From Bilabrum cf. latius (lineage: Eukaryota), in the NCBI GenBank assembly GCA_965178125.1, contig OZ237739.1, positions 930,001 to 994,000 on the forward strand: 64,000 nt of DNA, read 5' to 3'. Shown here in pieces: positions 49,280 through 59,600 of this stretch. The position numbers and the translations under genes are program-made. Position 1 is the stretch's first letter, and each line of letters begins with the position of its first letter. Under the pieces are notes generated by a model, which saw only the letters and a list, made by a program, of their open reading frames with translations, did no database searches and was not told the origin of the DNA.

Positions 49280-50950
49280 ATGGGCTGCTTGACGTCTTGC
49301 TCCGTCCAACTGCAACTGAATCACTGCAGGCAACAAACACCTGACGTAGGCACCTGCTTTGCTAGAGCATACTTCGGTGATGTAGATTATTTGGCCAAGC
49401 GCGCGGAAACATCCTTGATTTCGTTGTGCAGTCAGGTGCCGTGCAGAAACGTGCGTGATGTGAGATCGTTCCAAGGGCGACGTACTAGTCGAGCAGCAGA
49501 ACTACAAACAAGGCATTTCGTACATAATCGAGTTTATTTGATCTAAATAGAGACTGTAGGCGGAATTAAATATCTTTGAATAACTCCGCAGAGCACGTGG
49601 ACGGTGATCCACTTAGCATGCTTGAAGGGGCGCCTAGCTGTCGTTAAGCTGCTCCTTCAGACACGATTTGGGACTTTTTTGGCCAACAAAACTTCTGCGG
49701 TGAGTGTTTACATTGCAGCGATCCGCTGCCCGTGCAGCAACAAGCGGCACTACAGGTGAATTCTCTGCATTTCCATTCGTTGCGGTGGTGCGTCTAGCTG
49801 CTTTGTATAACATACAACGCCCCATTGCAGCGAGGTCTTTCGCCTGCCATGCTGTGCTGCCATGCGGGTCACTCCGACTGCTTGCGGGAGCTGATCGGAG
49901 CCGGAGCTGACCTGATGCTGTCGAAGGATGTGAGCTCCTTGCGAGGGATTCGTTGAACCAACTTGCTTGAACAGCGGTGTCAGCCATCTTGCTATTTCGT
50001 TGAAAGCATTACCTAGCGATGTTAGCAGAACGGATTTACTGCGCTGTGTTATGCGGCCAGAGCTGGACACCTGGACTGCATGCGCATGGTCGTAGAGCAA
50101 GCCTGGCGAGCTGGAGCTTTACGCGTGAGACATGATACAAGGGAATTTTTTTTTTGACACGGTCGTGTGCACAGGAAGATGTATCTGCGAGCAGCATTTC
50201 TGCCTGCTGTATACAGTCTAATCTGCGCAGCCCAGGCCGGCCGGTGTGCCGGAACCAGCGAGAGCCTACAGCGTGGCTGTAGCTGGGGGTCCGAATGCAA
50301 GAGTTGGCGGGTGGCAGTCCAGCTAGATCGCAGAGCAGCTAGTCACCGCCGTAGTGGATACCATTGAATACAACCAGCCGCACTGCATGGCATACCTTCT
50401 CGGCCTCGGCCTCGATGGAATCCTCGAGCTTGAGCTCGTCAGGAAAGCGCTGGTAGATGCGAACGACTCTCTGCGTGGAAGCTCCTCATACCGGTGGCAC
50501 AGGTATGCCAATCACAGGGGCATTATCATCGCCCATCGGCTCATGCAAGCCTACCGCATCATGCCAAAGCTAAAATAGGTGAAGGGCGCTCGGGGGCGGC
50601 ACGCGCTCTTCTTGAATCTGCTGTTTGAGCACGGCAGGCTTGCCAAGATGAGGCGCGTGTGGTACCTAAAGCGGAGGGGAAAGCTGTCCATGGCGCGATG
50701 GAGGCGAACTGTCGAGGCCAAGAGAGACGCTGGCATGGTATTTCAGGCCGCAAGCGAGGGCAGACCAATGGAGCTGGCCAAGCGGCTCAGGCTGGGCGTG
50801 CTGGCGGGCGGCTTGGACACTCGGGGTCATGTCAAGGGCACTGGTATGAAAACTCCGCTGGAAGCTGCTCGTCTAGGGGATCATCATGAGTGCGTCATTT
50901 TGCTCGAGTAGGCTGCGAAGAGGCATTCGGGCGCAGCAGGGGTTGAGTAA
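49280..50950 (+). CDS. Ankyrin-repeat protein, 5 exons (49280-49459, 49592-49699, 49831-49929, 50029-50124, 50231-50950; ~400 aa)
   Basis: Exons encode TWTVIHLACLKGRLAVVKLLL, GLSPAMLCCHAGHSDCLRELIGAGAD, GFTALCYAARAGHLDCMRMVV and KTPLEAARLGDHHECVILLE. All introns are GTGAG...GCAG, phase 0. Ends in TAA. The 5' end (MGCLTS) is tentative. Confidence 0.75.
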
Positions 50951-51035
50951 CGGGTGGGGGTTTCCTTCCCCTCGGCCTACGATCGGTGTAGCCCGCTGGC
51001 GATCGAGTGGAGCGGCCGTGCATCACACAGAATAA

Positions 51036-52112
51036 TCACATCGTGATGTTTTCATGATCATCGCGAGGGTGCGCAGCTGATGGCAGGGCGGTCTGGTCGG
51101 CCGCCCTGATAGCGTCGAGAGGGTTGCGCTAGTGGTGCTCCTCGCCTGTCTCCCTGATAGCGTCGAGAGGGTTGCGCTGGTGGTGCTCCTCGCCTGTCTC
51201 CCTGATAGCGTCGAGAGGGTTGCGCTGGTGGTGCTCCTCGCCTGTCTCCCTGCCCAGCACCGCCGCCCGGCCCTCTTGGCCGCAACCGAGTTCAGCAAAA
51301 GTGGGCGCGTGCAAGGGGCTAGTTGTTGGTGCGCCCTCGATAACCCCCCCTGTCGGAACCACGGTCTGCTGCTGCTGCTCACCAGTTGATGCCGTGGCGG
51401 TGATGGCATCACGCGGCGCTCCACCGGAACCAGCGTCCCCTAGCTCTCCGCCCGCCGCTCCATCTGCTGCTACCCCCTTTGGCTCCTCAGGGTCCTCGTG
51501 CAGCGCCTGAAATCGGAACAGCCACGCGTCGACCGAGAGATCAACTAGGGCCTAGAGGGCACCGACCACTGCGATGCCAGCGCTGCCACTGCGCACCGCA
51601 GCGAAAATTGGGATGCCGATGGACTGCAGCCTGAAAGCAAACACGCCGACAAGCATGAATATAAAATCTCCGCTATCCTCAAACTCGCCGCAGTACGAGC
51701 CCATGTTGGGGATCCCAACATTCTGCCTCGTGCTGCTGCCGGCGAACCACAGCGCGTACAGACACACAGCAGGTCCTACGAATGGCAGCAACACCAACAC
51801 CAGTGACACTCCAAACCAAGTCTCGGACACCAAAGACGGGTGAATGCTTTGCAGTGCAAGGACTACAGTTCGCTTGTTGCCCCAACCGAAGATTCCAGAC
51901 CCGGCGATCAACGAGAATATCGTTGCCAGGAGCTCTTCTGGTCCACCGTTCTAAGCTGCCAGCGTCACTACAATGTAAAGCTGGCAAACAGAGTCAAAAA
52001 TGAATACCCAGCAATGCATCCAAAAAGCTGATTCATGGGTCATTTCGAGACATGCTGGTGCGGTTGCCGCACGGTTACCGATTTCTTCGTCCTGCATGTC
52101 GTGACCATGCAT
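51036..52112 (-). CDS. Hypothetical multipass membrane protein with repeat-containing C-tail (~358 aa)
   Basis: ORFs 51951-52157, 51552-51911 and 51129-51362 share one frame and are joined by TAG. Several hydrophobic segments; ends in TGA at 51036. Confidence 0.65.
51104..51252 (-). repeat. 3 x 48-bp coding tandem repeat (RETGEEHHQRNPLDAI); one copy has TAG in place of CAG
   Basis: Copies at 51104-51151, 51152-51199 and 51200-51247 are identical except +strand cta (51129-51131) versus ctg. Confidence 0.95.
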
Positions 52113-52338
52113 CTCCGACAAATCAGTGCCAACGGCAATCAAGTAACGAGCAAACAATCATGAATTTGTATTCTTGTACAGCTCATGCGTATTTTGTTTG
52201 TTAATTAAAACAATTTTGACAGGACTCGGAGCGGTCTAAAAATGCAGCGTTTTCGGCTTAGAAGGCCATAACCCTGCTCGAGAAGAGCTCAAGGACGTGT
52301 ATCTATTAGTTTTATTGAACAGCTACCAGATTGTAGCG

Positions 52339-53064
52339 ATGAACGATGTTCGTAGGCACCTTGAACGAATTCGGCAGCGGAAGCAAGCAGAGAACGAACG
52401 CTTGATTGAATTTCGCCGCAAGAAAGCCAAGTCTTCGAAGGAGCTTCTGGAGGTTGCTGAAGCCGGTGCAGGATCTGAAGCAGCCGCGAGGCGTATGAAG
52501 TTTTACAAGAAAGTCTTCTCGAAAGAACCTGCCGCTGCTACGGTTGGGAGGAAGCGACCGAGAAGCGATATGGAAGCAGCGGACACCGAAAGAACAAGCG
52601 GTGATGAATCCAAGTCGCGCCAAGATGGGGATTATCGCGAAGACGCTGACAATCCCGACCGGAAACGCGGTCGCGCCGAGCACGGCGTAGGAAGAAGCAA
52701 GCGGGGGCCTCACAGCATGTTCGACAGGGAGAAGCGCGCTTACGAAGAAGGGAAAGGTAGCAGAGAGCAAGAGCATGAAGATTACATTCGCCGATAGGAA
52801 GAAAGGGCCAAGAAGCAGCACGCAAGAAAGCGCCTATCAAAGCAGATGCAAAAACGCACCAAGCGCGGGCAGCCACTAATGGGAGTACGAGTCAAATCGC
52901 TCCTAGACAGAATCCAGAGCCGTGACAGCGAGCTGGTAGACAAATTTAGCGAGCGACACGCAGCTTCGGGCGCGGCATCAGCCCAGGCAGTTGCCAAGAA
53001 GAGGCATAGCAAGAAGGGGCCCCGTGGCCGAGGGCGGCATCATCACGCCACGGGCGGCAAGTGA
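52339..53064 (+). CDS. FYV7: Fyv7/TAP26 (CCDC59) family rRNA-processing protein (~241 aa)
   Basis: Basic coiled coil ending in the family motif KRTKRGQPLMGVRVKSLLDRIQ. One TAG at 52795 inside the coiled coil; ends in TGA. Confidence 0.8.
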
Positions 53065-53318
53065 AAGAACGCAACTGCCCTGTCGATGCATTCCCTTGAA
53101 GCGGCGTGTATTCGCCGACCACATGCATATCACGGCAACCAATGCTATCTCTACATCTCACGGACAAGCAACACAACAGCAGACAGACTAGGGCTCGACA
53201 CAGATCTGGTACCGAGTACACCATGCTTGCAGGCGCAGCGCACAGTCAAGGCCACACAGTACAACGAAGCCAGAAGACTCCCCTCAATCCAAGCCTTCGA
53301 AATACGAATCCCCCCATG

Positions 53319-56300
53319 TCATTCGTTGCCGCTCTTGGCCTTCAGCAGTCTGTCAAAGTAAGCCGCTCGCGCAGCCCGCCTGGAATCGCCGCCGCCGGCA
53401 CCGCCCGCCTTTTTCCCCGCCGCCCCTGACGACCCCGCCTTGCCTCCACCGGCAGACCTCCCAGACCCAGCGACCCGGGCAGACCCGGACGCTGCCCGCG
53501 CAGCGCCCGCCCCGCTCCCAGCACCCGCTACCATGGAGCCAGCCTGCCGCAGCGAGCTTGCCCGCTTCAAGCCCCCTCCGGCGGTCCCTCCGGCGGCCCT
53601 GGCACCGGCAGCCCCAGCACTAGCACCGGCACGGGACCCGCCCCCCGCACCGACTCCGAGCTTGCGACCACTGCCCTGCGACAGCATAGCCTTCCCGCGC
53701 TCCGAAGCGGATCCGCCACCGACCCTCTGCGCCCTGCCCCACTGCCCCTGCTTCTTGGCCCCTGACCTCGCCCACACGTCCTATGGCTGCTGCGCCTGCG
53801 CGATGGCATCCCTGGTGCCGGCCGTCGTGCCTCCACCCGCAGTCGACGGTGCCATCCCCTCGGGAAACGAGCCTTTGCCCGCCAGCGCCCGCAGGAACGC
53901 CGCATTCCGCTCGATCTCCCTCTCCTTCGCCGCCCTCATCTCGTCGATGGTGGGATTGGAAGACGTCCCCGCGGTCTTGGCCGGGGCTGCATTTGAGGCA
54001 GCCGCCCTGGCTCGGCCCGAAGCGGGTCGAGATCTGCGCTAGCCAGCGCCACCACCCGACTGCATGGCCTTGTCGAGCGCGTCTCGCTTGGGCTTGCGCT
54101 GGGTGGGCACTGCTGGCTTGCTAGAAGCGGTTCCAGCCGAGGCAGCAGCCCTGCCCTTTGGGGCAGTCGCCACACCCGTCCTGGCAGCAGCAGCGGCGGC
54201 GGGAGACCGCCCAGAGGCAGCAGCAACGGCACCGGCACCGGCACCGGCACCAGCGCGCCTACCGGCCACAGGGCCGGGAGAAGACCTTGGGCTACCGCGC
54301 TGCTGTGCACTGCCACCACTGTTGCTGCTAGCACCAGCACCTCTGTTTCGAGGGGAAGTCCTCTTTCCGCCGAGACAGCCAGCAGCAGCAACAGCTGGCT
54401 GCGTGCCGCGAGCTGCGGCTGGCAGAGCTACACCGTCTGCCTGACCCCGTTTCTAAAGCTGCACCCGCCTCCCAGCACCGCGATCTGCTGCGGCAGATGC
54501 CCCTGCTCTCTTCGGACCACTGGTGGAGCTCGCGGCTGTCTTGCTGCCCGTCCTGCGCTGCGTGCCTGCTCCGCTGCCGGGCCTGCTCCGCGCCGGCCTC
54601 GTGGTCTCCTTGGGCGAGTGGCCCGGCGAGGTGGAGCCCGCGCCTGACGGTTTCGATGATGGCCTCGACCTGGCAGAGGCAGGTCCTGGAGCCGCCTTGG
54701 CGCTGCCTCGTGCGGTGCTCCTGCCGCTGCTAGGGCCAGGTGCAGCAGTGACTGACTTGCCCGGAGCTGCTTTACTAGCGTTCCTGCGGTCTGCGGCTGC
54801 TGCTCTGGCTGCTCGTGCTGCAGATGCGCTGCTGCCTTGCCGTCCTGCCTATGATAGCCCCTTCGCCCCGGAAGTGGCCTTTTGCTCCGATTTTTCGGTC
54901 TTCTTACCGCCCTTGCCCTTCTTGGCGGCCTTGACCATCCCGAGCACTTCCTTCCTCGCCCTTTCATTCTCCTGATCGATCCTCTTCTACTCTGCTTCCT
55001 GCTCCTCCGTGGACGGCGGGTACGGCTCCACCCTGTCTCGGCGAGTGAAGCAGCCCTGGCCAGGCACCTCGCAGTGGAAGTACGGGACGCCCTTACACTC
55101 GCCCGAGTGCTTTCCCGAGCCGCAATCCTGCCTCACCTCAACACCGAGCCAAGTCCCCTTGTTGAGGCCCCACACCGGTCCCCTGAACCGGACGAACCCC
55201 ACGCGCCCGTCCGACTTAAAGCGGATGCGGTCGCCGACGTGAAACTTGGGGCCACCCTTTCCAGCGGTTGATGTCGCTGTGGTGTTCAATGGGTCCGCCG
55301 CACCTGCTCCACTCGCAGCAGGCGGTGCGCCTGACTTTGCTTCCGCATCTGCAGCAGAAACAGCAGTCATCGTGGGTGCTGCTGCGGCGGATGCAGCTGC
55401 AGCGCTGGGCAATCCGTGAGCAGACTCGATTTTTTCGGCCGCCTCTGCGTCCCTGTTGAGGGTACGGGCGGCCTCCGCCGCCTTGGCCGCTAGCCTCTCC
55501 CTGTGTGCCTTGGCCTCGTCTGCTGCTGCGGCCGCCGCTGCGTGACCTCCGTCGTCGTCGTCTGCGTGCGCGATCTGCTGCATGCGGATGTGCTCCTACC
55601 TCCACCCATTGGCCGTGCTGGCCGCTACCTTTGCCTCCTATTCCCTGTGCTTCGTGTCCCTGTCCGCTGCCCTCTTGGCTTTCAGGAACTCCGTGCCTTT
55701 CAGCCTTAGCTTCTTTCCGTCCATGGGCTTGACCTTCGCCTTGCGCTCCTCGTCCCTCGCCTGCGCGTTGGCGCACACCAGCTGGTGCTTGGCAATCCGC
55801 CCGCGGTTGAATTTCCTACCGCAATACTCGCACTCCATCCTGCCGTCGTCCCCGCCGTCGGCGAACTCCGGGATGTCGTTCATGCAGTGGATCGCTTTTG
55901 TCGGCTTCTCGAGGAGCTCAGCAAGCGGATCTGCGGGTGGTTCGCCGTCTGCGCCCGCTGCGTATCGTTTCTTGATGTAGTCGGGCACCTTAGACATCAG
56001 CTGGACGCCGGGCTCTGGAGCGGAAGGTGCGGCTGGAGCGCCTGCCGCGCCTCCTCCCGCAGAGCTTCTCGCCCCAGCTCCGCCCTGTCCCCGGCCGCGG
56101 CCCCGACCAGATCGACCACCACGCCCACGACCTCCTGCTTGCCGCCCCCCTCTGCCACTAGACCTTGCTGCCCTGGCTTTCTACTCCTCCTTGAGCTTCT
56201 TGCAACCGGACACGTGCGACCGATACTCATCGTTGCTTACAACAAGTCCGCATACAGGACAATGGGTGGTAGAAGCTTCCACCTGCAAGTCATAAAGGCA

Positions 56301-56485
56301 GAATCGATTGCCATATCCTACTGCAATTCTTCCGAACCATACAGATTTGCATCAGAAACTCGGTTGCACTTGAGCCACGAATGACAGCTTACCTTCGAAA
56401 TACACTGCTTCTGATGGATTGCAAACGAATGTTTGAAAAATTTACCACCACATAGCTCGCAAACTATTGTCTACGGCCTAGGCAT
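53319..56485 (-). CDS. Three C2HC zinc fingers + CAP-Gly domain protein (exons 56485-56393, 56282-53319; ~1,018 aa)
   Basis: CELCGGKF..HQKQC, CPVCG..HVSGC, CEYCGRKF..HQLVC; CAP-Gly 'VGDRI..GRVGFVRFRGPV..GTWLGVE..GKHSG..GVPYFHC'. Intron 56392-56283; about 9 TAG; ends in TGA. Confidence 0.85.
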
Positions 56486-56638
56486 GCTGCACAAAGAGTG
56501 GCAGTTCTTGCCTCACAAACGGCAACCAGATGAAATGAGATTCAGCACGCTACCTACGACCCGTTGGAGATTTCTTCAGACCAGCCTGATTCCCTGTGCA
56601 GCGTAACGATTGCCATAATAAAAAGTCATTGTATCTAA

Positions 56639-59600
56639 ATGAGCACAGCACTAGGTGCTGGTGGGAGCGCTGCTCCGAGGAGTCACGCAGGCTTGTACGC
56701 CCCACCGCCGCGTAAGCTGTGGATTCCGATTGACATTAAGGTGAGATTATTTTCGTCAATGGCGCCGAAACGGGCCAAATTTTTACACTTACGATTACGG
56801 ACAAGCATCGTCTCGTCGAGCTGCCCCCTACTTCTGGTGTCCGCTCACGTTGCACGCAGTTGCGATGGTTCCAGTTTCTTCCTGTAGAAGACCTAGCGAA
56901 CTGTGGGGCTGTTTGCAAAGCTTGGGTAGTCCTTAGTTCTAGAACAGCTGATGCTGAGTGGAGAAAGACGACTGGTACCGAACCACCCAAGCGCGTTGCG
57001 CGATTAACGAAATTGAGATTGCTCCGCCGGATCAGGTAGCCGCTGCTGCCCGAGAACATGGGATGGCTTCTCACAATGGCCGCAGGCAGACGAGGTAAGA
57101 GGATTGTACTACCGCTTCTGCTTGCGGAAATCCGCGCCATGGTTGGATTCAATCGAGTAGTGCACGACTAGTTTGCTGCCGAGTGCGAATGCAACCTTGT
57201 TTCGCAGACATGCTCCCGTACATGCACAAATTATTGCTCATGCGAGACGATATAAGGATGCAACTGGGCATACCAGGCGCGTTCTTTCGGTCAAAACGAG
57301 CTCGCAGCCCCTATTTGGACCTGCCACCGCCTGTGCGAGCCATCTTTGAGCCTCACACGGAGCCGGAGCTCACCCACCACGTCGACTGGGGACACGCCAC
57401 GCCGCTCACCCGTGCAGTCTCAACCGGCAACGTAGAAGCGGTGCACTTGCTCCTGATGTTTGGCGACACTCCCAATCACAGGGACGCCAGGGGCCGGAGA
57501 CCCATCACGGAGGCGGTGCAACAGGGGGACGTCAGGTCCCTCGAAGCCCTCCTGGGCAGGGTGCCGCTGCGGGCGCCCAAACATCCACCTCACCTGGCCA
57601 CGCGAATGGGCCTTTTCAAGAGGAGGATTCCAGGGGCCGGCACGCTGCCGGCCTGGAGGAGGGGGGAGTGGGGCCTAAAGGCTTTCGAGGATGAATCGCT
57701 CGCAGATGGGACGGACGGCGTCAGCGCCTGGGAGAGCAAGGCGGCCGCCGTGCTGGCCAAAGAGGCGGCGGTGCCGGAATGGGAGAAGGAAATCGGATCG
57801 ATGGGCAGCGGGGGCGGTACTCCTGGCGAGATAATGCTGAGCGCGCTGGACCGCAGGAAGAAGGAGAGGCAGGACGCCATTCGAGAGGCCAGGGGAGACG
57901 GCAGGTACTCGGCGTGGAGCGACGGGCTGGATCTGGGCTGCTTCTGGAGCTCTGTTGACACCAGCGTGGGGATAGGTCTGGAGCGAGACCCACAGGCCAT
58001 GATGGAGGTTCTTCCTCTGCGTGTGCCCGGCGGTGGTGCTGGTGATGGTGCTGGGGGTGCTGGGGGTGCTGGGGGTGCTGGGGGTGCTGGGGGTGCTGGG
58101 GGTCAAGGCCGCGCCGAGGACGCGGTGGCAGCTGGTGGAAACGCTGGCGGAGATGGAGAAGACGAGGATGCGGGGGATGCCATTGAGGCTCCTCGCGATG
58201 CGGCGGCGGAAGCGAGGGCAGCTGCCGAGGCAGCTGACTTGGAGGCACAATAGGAAGGCAGCACGATCAACCCAGACTACGCCAAGCACATGCGAGCCGT
58301 GGCTGACCTCTTGCCGCCGTGCGAGCTGGAATTTGCGACGTTGGTGGGAATCAAGGCAGCAAGATCGGCCAAGTAGCGGGCGGCGGAACAGCGAAAGTAT
58401 GCAGCCATGCGAGCTGCCGGCATTGACGTGCACAAGCTACACGCCGAGAAGCAGGGCCACACAGGTGCTGCTGTGGCCGCAACTGTTGCCGGTGCATCCA
58501 GTGGCTACGCAGCCAGAGACCGGCGACTTGACCACATTCACCCTCGCATGCCACCGATGCCTGATGAGGGCAGCATTGCCGCGCTGGCCTCTGCCCAGCG
58601 GGCCAGGCTCAACACGCCGCAGTCGGACGGCAAGTCGGCTGTCCTGCTTGCGGTAGAGAAGGGAAGGAACGCGCATCTGATGCTGCTCCTCTCGCACCAC
58701 TGTCCCGCAGATCTGGCTGCCGCTGCCGTGCCCCCTGTGTTCCCTAGGCCAGAGGTGGACGAGGATGGCAACCAGAGGCCTCCCCCACCCCCTCCCCCAG
58801 TCACGCTGGAGCCGCCCGGCGGCGAGTCAAGAGGCGATCCCAGGGACAGAAGGCTCAGGAGCTTTGCGGGAGAGGCCTTGCGGTCCATTCCCGAGGCCTA
58901 CGAAACACTGATAACGCCCGGAAGGAGGCACCGTGCGGACCCTGATGCGTGTCCCACTGGCCAGAACACGCCGCTGTGCCTTGCCTGCGAGAGGGGCGAC
59001 GGAATTGCCGCTAGCCTGCTGCTGCACTGGGGCGCAGACACGAACAAATCAGGTCGCAAGGAGGCCTCTCCTCTGCTGCTAGCCGCTCTGAAAGGGCACG
59101 ACCACGTGCTCTCTCTGCTACTGAGGGTGAGCCTGCCGGAGAGATACGCGAGGGCAGTGGGCAGGGCCATAGAGGTCATTCGAGCGCGGTACAGGGTGAA
59201 GCGAGGCAGGAAGGGCGCAGGGGCTGCGGTTGGAGGCGACGAAGAGGATGCCACGCCGCTGGGCTCCGCAGTTGGAAGCGTTGGAGCACCCTTTCAGGCG
59301 GTGAAAGTGGACCCACTGCCGGGCAGGGCGCGCTTTGAAGCGGCGGCGCAGGCCGCCGATCTCGCCCTTCGCTTCATTGAGGAAGTCACGAACAGAGCGA
59401 AGGCATCTAGTGCCGCGGGTGGGAGTGGTCCGAGCAGGTCGGCAGAGGCCAAGGAGTCGGTGCGAGCCGCGCGCGATGCCGCAGCGTCAGGCGCGGCGGG
59501 ATCTCAGTCAACAGCGGAGAGCATTCTGCAGAGATTGCTGCAGGACAGGCTCAAGGCGACAAACATCCCTGCCGCAGTTCGCCGCGCAGCCATGGCGGCA

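Noticed and set aside
51104-51252. CRISPR array
   Set aside because: The repeats are directly adjacent with no spacers, are in-frame coding, and no cas genes are present.
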